Positions 11,862 through 21,439 of a DNA stretch of 64,000 nucleotides are shown here, piece after piece. This DNA is from an uncultured delta proteobacterium (GTDB lineage Bacteria > Desulfobacterota > Binatia > UBA9968), in assembly GCA_963847445.1 (NCBI GenBank), contig CAWJZV010000008.1, positions 96,001-160,000 on the forward strand, in the 5' to 3' direction. The notes beneath the pieces are model-generated. The model did not search any database and was not told the origin of the DNA. It saw only the letters and a program-made list of their open reading frames with translations. Every line of letters begins with the position of its first letter. Position 1 is the stretch's first letter. Made by a program: the position numbers and the translations under genes.

Positions 11862-13002
11862 ATGCTGCAAGGTTATCGTCTGTTTGACGCCGATGCTCAT
11901 GCGATGATGAGCCCGCGCATGTGGAAGACCTTGCCGCAAGAGTTCGTGGCGCGCCGGCCGCGGCCGACGCGGGTGCATGACATCGCTGACATGGGACGGT
12001 GGACCAACGGTTGGTTGGTCGAGGGACAAATCATTCCCCACGCGTTAGGCCCTGGCAGCCAACCCGGCAATGAACCGGCGCGGGTGCTCGAAGAGTTCGG
12101 CGCCAAGACCCACAGTCCGGAATTTCCTCTCAGCGGTTTCGATCTATCCGACACCGGCGCGCGCCTGCGCGGCCTGGATTACATGGGCATCGATCACCAG
12201 ATGCTCTATCCGACCACGCTCTATGCGCGCATGACCAACGATCCGGCGTTCGAAGCGGCGCTGATGCGCTCGTACAATCGTTATGTCGGCGGCCAGTGCG
12301 CCGCAGCGCCGCAACGGCTCAAGTGGGCCGGGCTCTTGCCGCTGCGCGACGCCCGTCAAGGCTGCGCAGGCGTTGGCTGAGATGAAAGAGCTGGGCGCCA
12401 CTGCCGCCGTGGTTTACGGCACCGCCGGTGACCGCTTGCTGTGTCATCCCAGTTTTACTCCGGTGTGGGATGAGTTCGCTCGATCCGGTCTGCCGTTGTG
12501 CGTGCATATGGGCATGAGCTATCCGCCCTTCGCCGATGTCTGCAATGGCCTGCTCGCCGCCCATGGCATCGGCATGAGTCTGCCGGCACAGATGGCGTTT
12601 GTCGCCATCGTCGGCCATGGCATGCTCGACCGCTATCCGAATTTGAAAGTCGGCTTTCTCGAATTCGGCGCCGAGTGGATGCTCTACATGGTGCCGCGCC
12701 TCGATCACTACCTGCCCATCGACCGCAGTCAGATGCCGATCAAAACCGAAGTGCCGCAACGCGCCGTTGAAGAGTACGCCAAGTCGGGCAGGATTTTCAT
12801 CGCCGGCGAAGCCGACGATAAATTACTGCCGCAGGAAATCGAGCTGCTCGGCGAAGATCAGATTCTCTACTCCTCCGACCTGCCCCACGGCGAAGGCCGC
12901 CACAACGCCGCCAAGGAAATCATCGCGCGCAAAGATATCAATGAAAGACAGAAGCAGAAGATTCTCTACGACAACGCGGTCAACTTTTTCGGCGAGCCGT
13001 GA
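11862..13002 (+). CDS. Amidohydrolase_2 family protein (frameshift near 12362)
   Basis: DADAH, LDRYPNLKVGFLEFG and YSSDLPH motifs. Confidence 0.88.
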
Positions 13003-13043
13003 ACTCAACTGACTATGCAGGGCTGGCAAATTGACTGATACCT

Positions 13044-13683
13044 ATGGAGCAATCTCCCAACTCGCTCGACAAGATTATTGCCGCCCAAGCGATTCGCAAG
13101 GCCGAACGCCATTTGGCCAAAGCCGACCCGATCATGAAACGGCTAATCGCCAGGCATGGTCACTGCCCCATCGCCGAGCGCGAGTTCGAGCCGTTTCATA
13201 TGCTCGCCAACTCGATCATCAGCCAGCAGCTTTCGACTAAAAGCGGCGGCGTCGATCAAAGTTCGTGTCGGCGCTCTCGTCGGCGTGCCGTTTCAAATCG
13301 GCAAGGTGCTTTCCATCGCGCCGGCGGAATTACGCGGTGCCGGACTTTCGGGGGCAAAGACCCGTTACATCGGCGAGCTTGCGGCGCATGTCAGTGACGG
13401 CAGGTTGGACTTCGAGGAAATCTTGTTCCTCAATGACGAAGCTGCGATTGAGAAACTGGTTATAGTTCCCGGCATCGGTCGCTGGACCGCGGAGATGTTT
13501 CTGCTGTTCGGCTTGAAGCGATTGGATGTCCTCGCCATCGGTGACGCCGGGTTGCAACGAGCCGCGCGAAATCTTTACGGCAAAAAGCGCAGTTCAGCTA
13601 CATTGTTGCCGCTGGTTGCGGAAAACTGGCGGCCGTATCGGTCGATTGCGTCGTGGTATCTGTGGCGGTCTTTAGAAGACTGA
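13044..13683 (+). CDS. AlkA-like HhH-GPD DNA-3-methyladenine glycosylase (frameshift near 13240)
   Basis: SIISQQLS, VPGIGRWTAEMFLLF and WRPYRSIASWYLW motifs. Confidence 0.9.
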
Positions 13684-13834
13684 AGGTTATGCCGTTTATT
13701 ACCCGTAACCTTGCATACCGAGCCCTTGAGCCCCGTCTTCTCATTGTGGGAATTTGTTACGGGTTGATTAATCAGATTACACTGTAGTAATTAGACACGT
13801 TCGCCCGTTCACAAATTACTGCCTAACCAAACTG

Positions 13835-14401
13835 GTGACGTTCATGACTTGGCAAAATTCTGATCTAGTTGTCTACCACGGAAGTGACGAAGTATCAGCA
13901 AATCGAATACGTAAAACGTCAATGACTTCGCAAAATGGGATAGACCTTAAGCTATGTAAACCACGTACGGACTTTGGCCGAGGATTTTATACTACAACAA
14001 ATTTACACCAAGCGCGGAACTGGGCAAATCTGCGTGCGAAGAGATTAAACGCTGCGAGTGCTAACTCCGCTAGAGCAACGGTAATACAATTCAGTGTTAA
14101 GCGGGATGAATTTACTCGACTGAATACTTTGTGCTTTGTCACTGAAGGTTTGAATCCTGGGAACTCCGACTATTGGGAGTTTGTCAGTAGTTGTAGGAAC
14201 GCAACGATCTCTGACCATCAATTTAAGCCCGACCCAGCGCTTCCTGCTACGTCTAACTATGACGTGGTAATTGGGATCGTATCCTTATGGCCGCAGACGT
14301 TAGTTGTTAAGGATTGCGATCAAGTAAGCTTTCACACTCCTAAAGCAATCACGTTCCTCCTTAGTCCAACACTTATTTTAACTGGGAATCCTTATCTTTA
14401 A
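13835..14401 (+). CDS. DUF3990-like protein, predicted ADP-ribosyltransferase fold
   Basis: VYHGS, DFGRGFYTTTN..QA..WA, YDVVIG and QVSFHT.KA motifs. AT-rich. Start may be ATG 13844. Confidence 0.8.
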   Translation: MTFMTWQNSDLVVYHGSDEVSANRIRKTSMTSQNGIDLKLCKPRTDFGRGFYTTTNLHQARNWANLRAKRLNAASANSARATVIQFSVKRDEFTRLNTLCFVTEGLNPGNSDYWEFVSSCRNATISDHQFKPDPALPATSNYDVVIGIVSLWPQTLVVKDCDQVSFHTPKAITFLLSPTLILTGNPYL

Positions 14402-14424
14402 CCAAATTACAGGAGAACAGTAAC

Positions 14425-14700
14425 ATGCCAATAATTGATTCTTCTATTCCACCTATTCAGATCGACGAATATTGGTATGTTGTCCGAAAGACTGTGGAGG
14501 AAGTGTTTAACTGTAAGGACACCTCCGGTGTCGATAGGCTACGAACTGAAATACTTCGAAGCAAAGCGGATGAGCAGATATTGTTCTACCATGCTGAACC
14601 ATTAGACGTGGCAGCGGATCTTTCAGGCAAGTCTCCTGGAGAAGAGGAGATCAAAAAATACAATCAACTAGTTGAAAGGCATCGCAGATCGATACCATGA
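14425..14700 (+). CDS. Small helical protein, possible antitoxin (DUF3791-like partner)
   Basis: 91 aa with an AGGAG RBS, 23 bp after the DUF3990-like gene. Contains LFYHAEPLDVAADL. Function inferred from context. Confidence 0.65.
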   Translation: MPIIDSSIPPIQIDEYWYVVRKTVEEVFNCKDTSGVDRLRTEILRSKADEQILFYHAEPLDVAADLSGKSPGEEEIKKYNQLVERHRRSIP

Positions 14701-14738
14701 AGGTGTTCAGCAAGGAAAACCGAGTCGTAATAAGGAAA

Positions 14739-15713
14739 CTAAAGTAAAAATTCGCTTGATTCCAAACGTTCGTCGAGGGGGAGTTCCAAAATTTCCCGCA
14801 AGAGTTCTGTTCGAAGTACATCCGACGAAGTCGTGATTGGGGCGTGAAATGCGTATCGTGTTTTTAAATAAAGAGGCAATCCTTGTTCAATACGTGACGC
14901 ACGTACCACAACCTGATACTTTGTGCTATCTGGCGGTAAATTGGCAATATCGCCCTGAATGATCATTGTTTCCCAACCTACACCTCCCAACCTCCCGTCA
15001 GCTTTCTGTTTATACGCTTCGTCGCTTACAATTATCACTTTATGCGCCAACGCCAATTCGTTGCACATCCATTGGGGAAGATCCATACCGCGTCTAAGAT
15101 TAAACTTGTCTAGCCTCGCTTGAATACCTTTGTCTATCAGAAAGAGAGCAAGTTCTTTTACCCATTCCACCGATTCTTCCGTTTTAGAGGTATGGCTTAT
15201 GAATACTCGTATCGACTCCCGAGGTTTGCCCTCGATTGTTTTTCGGATTCCTTGAATCCGATCATAAACTTCTTTGTGTAATACGTGGACGATAAGGCTC
15301 GCGCTGTTTTTCTCTATACTACCAAACCCACGATGTAGTGCTGACAGTGCCTTTTGACTCTGAATACCCCCAGCGCCCGCCCCAAGTAATGGTGCTGCAA
15401 TAGATCGAACTGACGGCTGCTCACTTGCAAACTCGCCAAGAGTCTTACCGATTAGCTCGATTGCATCGACTGTTGACGACATTCCTTCAACAGACGCTGC
15501 ATAGGCAACGAACTGTGCAATATTTTCACCGCCTTCGAAAGGTAATATTTCGACCTCCCCGAGAGCCATTCCCTCCTTCGGGTGAGGGATAGAATAATGT
15601 TCCAATGATCGGGCAACAAAACGAGTGACGGTTCCGGCGGAAGAGCATGGTAGAACGATCAAGTCGGACGGTCCATCAAAAAGATTGCCGAGTCGCACTT
15701 TTACGTACGCCAT
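14739..15713 (-). CDS. Macrodomain plus SEFIR/TIR-like fusion protein
   Basis: N-terminus VKVRLGNLFD..DLIVLP and SIAAPLLGAGAGG (macro). C-terminus RVFISHT, WVKELA.FL, LDKFNLRRGMDLPQWM, YKQKADGRLGGVGWE and LPLYLK (SEFIR/TIR). Confidence 0.85.
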   Translation of the reverse strand: MAYVKVRLGNLFDGPSDLIVLPCSSAGTVTRFVARSLEHYSIPHPKEGMALGEVEILPFEGGENIAQFVAYAASVEGMSSTVDAIELIGKTLGEFASEQPSVRSIAAPLLGAGAGGIQSQKALSALHRGFGSIEKNSASLIVHVLHKEVYDRIQGIRKTIEGKPRESIRVFISHTSKTEESVEWVKELALFLIDKGIQARLDKFNLRRGMDLPQWMCNELALAHKVIIVSDEAYKQKADGRLGGVGWETMIIQGDIANLPPDSTKYQVVVRASRIEQGLPLYLKTRYAFHAPITTSSDVLRTELLREILELPLDERLESSEFLL

Positions 15714-16041
15714 GCGTATACCTCGAAACTGGTTTGGTGATTATTAGCACTTGATACGGAGACATCCTTTTTGGCAACGTGTTCCGCTCGTTTCGACTAA
15801 TCCCATACCGCAAGTCCCACGGAGTACTCATCTCGTGATTCGTCATTGCCTAATGTGGTTTCAGGTTCTCTGTCTAGGCAAATCGCACGCACAAGAATTC
15901 CGAACGATTTTTCAACCTATCAGCCAGAAAATATACTAGATGCGTTGAAGATCATGCAAATATCAAAACCCCTAGAAGTGGCTTCCGGGGAAACTTCTTG
16001 TAAAGCAAGCGTAAATTTCTTTGGGAACTCGGGTTTAGTTT

Positions 16042-16854
16042 CTACTTCCGATCTTCCGGCTTGACGTATTTCACCGTGCCGCCGCCTTTTTGCGAGTGCA
16101 GGTAGCCTTCGACGTCGTTCAATGGATTGGTGTAATAGCGCAGGCGGTGTTGCACCAGGTCGTCGGCGCGCAGCGCCATGTCGAAGGGCAAATCTTTTTG
16201 CATGTAAGCGGCGATCTTAGCGTTCTCCAAGGTCGGGCCGTTGCGGCTGGCGAGTTCTTTCGCCAGGGTGTCGACGTAGCTGTCCAAGTCTTTTTCCGGC
16301 ACGACGTCGGAAACTAAACCGACGCGCTCGGCTTCGACGCCGGTCAGGTTTCTGCCGGTGAGCGAAATAAAGAAAGCTTTCTTGAACGGGATTCCCGCAT
16401 GAAATAGCGACGGTGTCGCGGTGGCGCCGTAGCTGCCGCGGATGACTTCGGGCATGCCGAACTTTGCCGTGTCGGAGCTGATGACGAGATCGTGACCGTT
16501 GATCATCGCCAGACCGCCGCCCAGGCACCAGCCGCGCACTTTGGCGACGGTGACTTGCGGAAGTCTACGCATGATGTCGACGATCTCGGCGACGCCGCCG
16601 AAGCCGCGGGTGCGGCGCCGGTTGTCCTGGCCGCGCATGTCGTAGAGATCGCGGCCCGAAGAGTAGGAGTCGCCGGCGCCGGCGGTGACGATGCAGCGAA
16701 TTTTGTCGTTGTTCGCCAGCTCGCGCAGGGTGGTCGCGATCTCGGCGAGCAGGGCGACGCTCAGGGCGTTTTTCTTTTCCGGCCGATTGAAGGTCAGCCA
16801 GGCGATGCCGATGTTTTCGTCGATGTTGGCGGTGATTTGTTTCAGGTCGGACAT
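16042..16854 (-). CDS. Enoyl-CoA hydratase/isomerase (crotonase) family protein
   Basis: LTFNRPEKKNAL, SSGRDL, GWCLGGG and FGMPE motifs. Confidence 0.92.
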   Translation of the reverse strand: MSDLKQITANIDENIGIAWLTFNRPEKKNALSVALLAEIATTLRELANNDKIRCIVTAGAGDSYSSGRDLYDMRGQDNRRRTRGFGGVAEIVDIMRRLPQVTVAKVRGWCLGGGLAMINGHDLVISSDTAKFGMPEVIRGSYGATATPSLFHAGIPFKKAFFISLTGRNLTGVEAERVGLVSDVVPEKDLDSYVDTLAKELASRNGPTLENAKIAAYMQKDLPFDMALRADDLVQHRLRYYTNPLNDVEGYLHSQKGGGTVKYVKPEDRK

Positions 16855-16933
16855 TTAACTTCTCCGTGGGTTTAGTTTCGTTCAAATCGTTCAATAAGTT
16901 CAAGCCGTTCAAATCGTCGGTCGAATGCTAAAC

Positions 16934-16997
16934 TGCCATTTCGAGATGAAGCCGAGAAATATTTTCGCATAGATCTCTCACTTCGTTCGAGATGACA
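16934..16997. repeat. REP-like imperfect inverted repeat
   Basis: TGCCATTTCGA...GAGAAAT pairs with AGATCTCTC...TCGAGATGACA. Intergenic. Confidence 0.55.
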
Positions 16998-17020
16998 GCA
17001 TTGGCAATGACGACTTTCTA

Positions 17021-18029
17021 TTAAGCGAACCGGTAAAAATTTTTGGCGTTGCCGGCGAGGATTTTTTGCTTGGTCTGGTCCGAGATGTCTTTGCGTTTGA
17101 CCACCTGGCTGACGCTGTGCGGCCACTCCATGTCCCAGTGGGGATAATCCGACGCGTACATCATGCACTCGTCGCCGAACTGTTCGATGACCAACGGCAG
17201 CGCCGACTCTTCGCCTTCGCAGGTGAAGTAGCAGCGGTGGTCTTTGATGTACTCGCTGGGGAGCATTTTGAGCGGCTCCATCTCGGCTTTTCTAATCAAA
17301 TATTTCTCGTCGAAGCGCTCCATCCAATAGGGCAGAAAGCCGACGCCGGCTTCGAGAAAGCCGACTTTGAGCTTGGGGAAACGGTCGAGCACGCCGTTGG
17401 AGATGACTCGAGACCACCGACAGCATCTGTTCGAACGGGTGCGAAGTCATGTGCACGCCGATGTATTTATGAAAACGGGTGTTGCCGACGGCGACTTGGG
17501 CGGTGGCGTGAAAGCCGATGGGCACGCCAAGGTCCTGCGCCGCGGCGTAGATCGGGTCGAACTGCGGCTGGCCCAAGTCGAGGCCTTGCTGCACGTAGGT
17601 CGGCATCATGACGCCGACGGCGCCTTTCTCGGTGACGGCGCGGCGGACTTCTTTCGCCGCTTCAGCCACGACTTGCGGCGCGATCACGGCGGCGTACTTG
17701 ACGCGACCGCCGCTTTGTTTGCAGAAATCGGCAGCCCAGTCGTTGTAGGCTTTGGCCAGTTCCACGGCGAGGTCGAGTTCGCGCACGAGTCCGATGGCCA
17801 GCGCGTTACTGGGATAGGCGACCGCGTCGCCGATCTTTTCGACGTCGAGGTCTTGGCAATACTCGGCCGGGTTGGCCGGCTTTCTGCCGGTGGTGTCATT
17901 CAAAAAAATGTCCCAACCGAAGGATGGAAAATACGGCCCGCTGCGGATGCGAAACTTTTCCGGCAGGTATTGTTTATAAGCCGCGCCGTCCAAGTGATGG
18001 GCGTCGGCGTCGATGATGGTGAACTCCAC
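17021..18029 (-). CDS. Amidohydrolase_2 family protein (frameshift near 17410)
   Basis: GTG start with GGAGG RBS. IIDADAH, LDRFPKLKVGFLEAG and YASDYPHWD motifs. Confidence 0.88.
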
Positions 18030-18118
18030 GGTCAAACCTCCAAGCAAAATGAGAAATGCCTTCGACGTTACGAGTTCGTTCAAGTTCAAACGTTCAAACT
18101 CAACCCGAAACGACTAAA

Positions 18119-19814
18119 CTAGTCTTGTAACCCGTGGCGCTGGGCGAGCTTGAGAAAAACCGAGCCCACGACCACCGTGCCCATGGCGATGACTAGACTG
18201 AAGGCGGCGAGTTCGCCAACATGTCCGTTGTCCCATAGTTCCCAAATCGTTACCGCGACCACTTGTGAGCCCGGGGAATAAAGCAACAAAGCGATGGAAA
18301 GTTCTCTGAACGTGATCAGGAAAATATAGATCCAGCCGGCGAGCAAGGCCGGCATGATCAGCGGCACGACCACATGGCGCACCATCTGGAACCAACTGGC
18401 GCCGCTGGCCATGGCGCCTTCTTCGAGTTCTTTGTGCAGGCTCAAAAGCGCGGAGTGGCTGAAGCGAATGCCATAGGGCAGATAGCGCGCGATGAAAGCG
18501 AGCACGAGTATCCAGATGGTGCCGTACACGGGAACCGGCAGCCAGAGGTACATTTTCAAGATCGCGATGCCCATGACGATGCCGGGAAAGACCAGGGGCA
18601 ACATTGCCATCTGATCGAGCACCCAGCGCGCTTTGATCGAGGCGCGGACGACCAGCCAGGCGGCAAAGAAGGTGACGATGATGGCGATGGTCGCCGAGGT
18701 GACGCTTACGGTCAAACTATTCATCACCGAACGGACGATGCTGCTGTCGGAGAAGGCGCTGCGATAGTTATTCAAACTGAGCAGTCGAGACCGCTTTCCA
18801 CGACGGCGCTTGGGCGAAGGGCAAGAATGACGACCATGTGATCGCCATGATCGGGAAAAATTGCAGCGCCGGCAAAACCAGCATGAGCAAGCCGCCCACC
18901 CAGCGCCACTTGCCCAGGTCGAAGCGGTGCGGCCGATAAGCTTTGCCGCTGATGGTGGTGAATTTATAAGTTTTGCTGGTGACGCGGTAGTAAGGAATGA
19001 GGCCGAGGCCGACCAGGCCGATGAGAATGATGGAATACGCGCTGGCTTCGCCGTATTTAGGAATCAAGCCGCCTTTGATTTGCAAATAAATTTTCGTGGT
19101 AAAAACTTCGACGCCGGCGGGAATGCCGATCAGCGCGGGAATCTCGAAGGCCTCCAGTGAACGGATAAAAGTCAGAATCAACACCGCCAGGACGCTCGGC
19201 ATGGCGAGCGGGAAGGTGACCTTTCTAAAAACCTGCCAACCGGTGCTGCCGGCGGTGGTGGCGGCTTCTTCCAGGGAGGGGTCCATGGACCGAAACGGTG
19301 TCGACATCAACAAGAAGACGATGGGTATCCAAAGAAAGCTCTCGACCAAAATCATCCCTTGCATTGAAAAGATGTTGAGCAGGGGCCCGCCGGTAATCGG
19401 TGCGACGAACGAATTGAGGATACCGGCTTTAGGCCCAAGCAACATGATCCAGCCGACGACTTTGATGATTCCTGGAATGGCGAAGGAGACATAGGCGGTG
19501 ATGTAGGCCACGGTGCGAAACGGCGCGTTGGAACGTTCGGCGAGCCAGGCGAGCAGGGTGCCGTAACAGATCGCGATGCCCGCGCTACCGATGGAAAATA
19601 TCATCGAGTTGGTGAACAAGACTCCGACATCGCCGAGGGAGTCGACGATGTTGGCGAAATGCTGAATCGTGAAGCTGCCGGCCTGCAACCCTCGGTCGGT
19701 GACTAGACTCGTATGCAGGATGAAAAAGAACGGCGGCAGCACCAAATAAGCCAGCGTCACGCCAGTGAGCAGAAACATGATCTGGGCTGGATTACGCATC
19801 ATTAACGCAAACAT
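18119..19814 (-). CDS. FbpB-type two-module ABC permease (frameshift near 18780)
   Basis: Two EAA-like loops (DPSLEEAA, HKELEEGA) and many hydrophobic helices. Confidence 0.88.
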
Positions 19815-19930
19815 AAATTCACCCCTTTCAAATCGGCAAGTCCGGTCTCCTGGCCACAGCCGCTCAGCAGTCCTTGGGCTGGGAGATATATATTACAATT
19901 CGACGGCGTAAGACAATTGGCGTCGGGAAA

Positions 19931-20028
19931 GTTAGGCGTAAATAGTTAGGAGTGAGGAGGGAGGCCGGAGTCGGCCTTGAGCGACTGCGAACTGCTTACT
20001 TCTGACTACTCACTCCTCACCCTCTTAC
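19931..20028. repeat. 7-nt periodic repeats followed by their complement
   Basis: GTTAGGC/GTTAGGA/GTGAGGA, then ACTCACT/CCTCACC/CTCTTAC. Confidence 0.6.
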
Positions 20029-21221
20029 GCCCAGGGGCCGATGTACGGTTCGCCGGTGTAGGTGTCGGATAGCGGTTCGAGGATGTCCGGCCAGTGGTTC
20101 GGATCGACTTTGCGGCGCAATTCTTGCGGCCGCGGTTTGCCGTCCCAGCCCACCTGCTCCATGGAGTAGTAAAGCTCGAGGCAATGGCCGTCGGGATCGA
20201 AGGCGTAGGCGGCGTAGTCGATGCCCGGATGAAGTTCCGGCGGGATGATATCGGTCTCGACGCGCACGCCGTGGCCGCGCAGGAACTGCACCGCGTCTTG
20301 CAGCTGCCGGTAATTGGCCAATTGCAGGCCGAAGGACAGGTTCGACGTGGTTTCGCTCAGGCCGAGCTTTTTGCGCCATGATTTGGGGAAAATTCCCAGC
20401 GAATGATGTTCGTTGTTGCAGCGCAGGAAGGCGCATCGTTCGCCCTGCCAGTCCACTTCTTCGGTCAAGGTAAATCCCAGCACTTCCATGTGCCAGCGTT
20501 TGAGTCTCTCATAATCGTCGACGAACAGTTTCACCGGACCGACGCGAGTGATCTTGAAGGGTTGCGGCAGCAGGACGCCGTCGACGTTGTACTTAAGCGG
20601 CATCGCGCTGACGTAACGGGCGCCGTCGAGGACGGGGATGCCTTTGTTTATGTCCTCGGTGATGAGCTGGTAGTCCGGCAGCTGCGCTTCGCTGGGCGCG
20701 ACCGCGGTGCCGTGGCGCATGGCGACTGGACGGGCGTAACCGTTCCAGCTGATCTGCTCGATGCCATAATAGAGTTCGAAGATCTGTTCGTCCGGCGCCC
20801 AGACGTAGAGGTGAAATTGCGAACCGCCGCCACCGGCACGCCCCTCGCGCATGACCTCGACGCCGATGTCATGAAAATATTTTGTCGCGCCGGCCATCTC
20901 GGCGACGCTTTGGACCTGCCAGGTGATTTGATTGATGTCGTTTTCTTCCCGGAAATGTTTGGCGTTATCGCCGGCGTATTGGCGCTGGTTGAATTTCTTT
21001 TTCTCGAACAGGGCGAACGAGTGATGATCGCCGGCGTGGCGGCCGAAATAACCTGCGCCGGCGGGCTCAGTGATAAAGAAGCCAAGCAAGTCGAAATAGA
21101 AACGCCGGCTGGCTTCTAAGTCGGCGGCGTTGAAACCGAAGTGACCGAGGCGGAGAATCTTAAACGGCCGGTCGAGGGCGACGCCGCCGACGTTGTATTT
21201 TGCTCCATTGATTTTCGCCAT
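20025..21221 (-). CDS. Two-domain VOC (glyoxalase/extradiol dioxygenase-like) protein
   Basis: LGHFGF, DHHSFAL, FLRCNNEHHSL and DPDGHCLELYY. Internally duplicated. Confidence 0.82.
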   Translation of the reverse strand: MAKINGAKYNVGGVALDRPFKILRLGHFGFNAADLEASRRFYFDLLGFFITEPAGAGYFGRHAGDHHSFALFEKKKFNQRQYAGDNAKHFREENDINQITWQVQSVAEMAGATKYFHDIGVEVMREGRAGGGGSQFHLYVWAPDEQIFELYYGIEQISWNGYARPVAMRHGTAVAPSEAQLPDYQLITEDINKGIPVLDGARYVSAMPLKYNVDGVLLPQPFKITRVGPVKLFVDDYERLKRWHMEVLGFTLTEEVDWQGERCAFLRCNNEHHSLGIFPKSWRKKLGLSETTSNLSFGLQLANYRQLQDAVQFLRGHGVRVETDIIPPELHPGIDYAAYAFDPDGHCLELYYSMEQVGWDGKPRPQELRRKVDPNHWPDILEPLSDTYTGEPYIGPWA

Positions 21222-21439
21222 AGGTCTTTCTCCTCTATGAGCATTCGGCAGTCAATGAGTGATTACTTTACCGGCGCGCTGACTATCGCTTCGGGAGTAT
21301 ATGCCGACGCACCGGATCGACGACCTCACACCGTTGCGGCATCGAGATCGTGGCGCAGCCATAAGCTTTTATAGAAACTTGCCGGCCTGGCGTCAAACCC
21401 GACGAGTTGCCCAGGAAGCTTTCGCAGCCGGCTCCTCAG

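Noticed and set aside
13821-13827. GCCTAAC as an integron attC inverse core
   Set aside because: No matching GTTAGGC core at a suitable distance and no integrase.
15751-16064. Short ORFs in the right part of the AT-rich island
   Set aside because: No RBS or motifs; treated as the upstream region of the macro-SEFIR gene.
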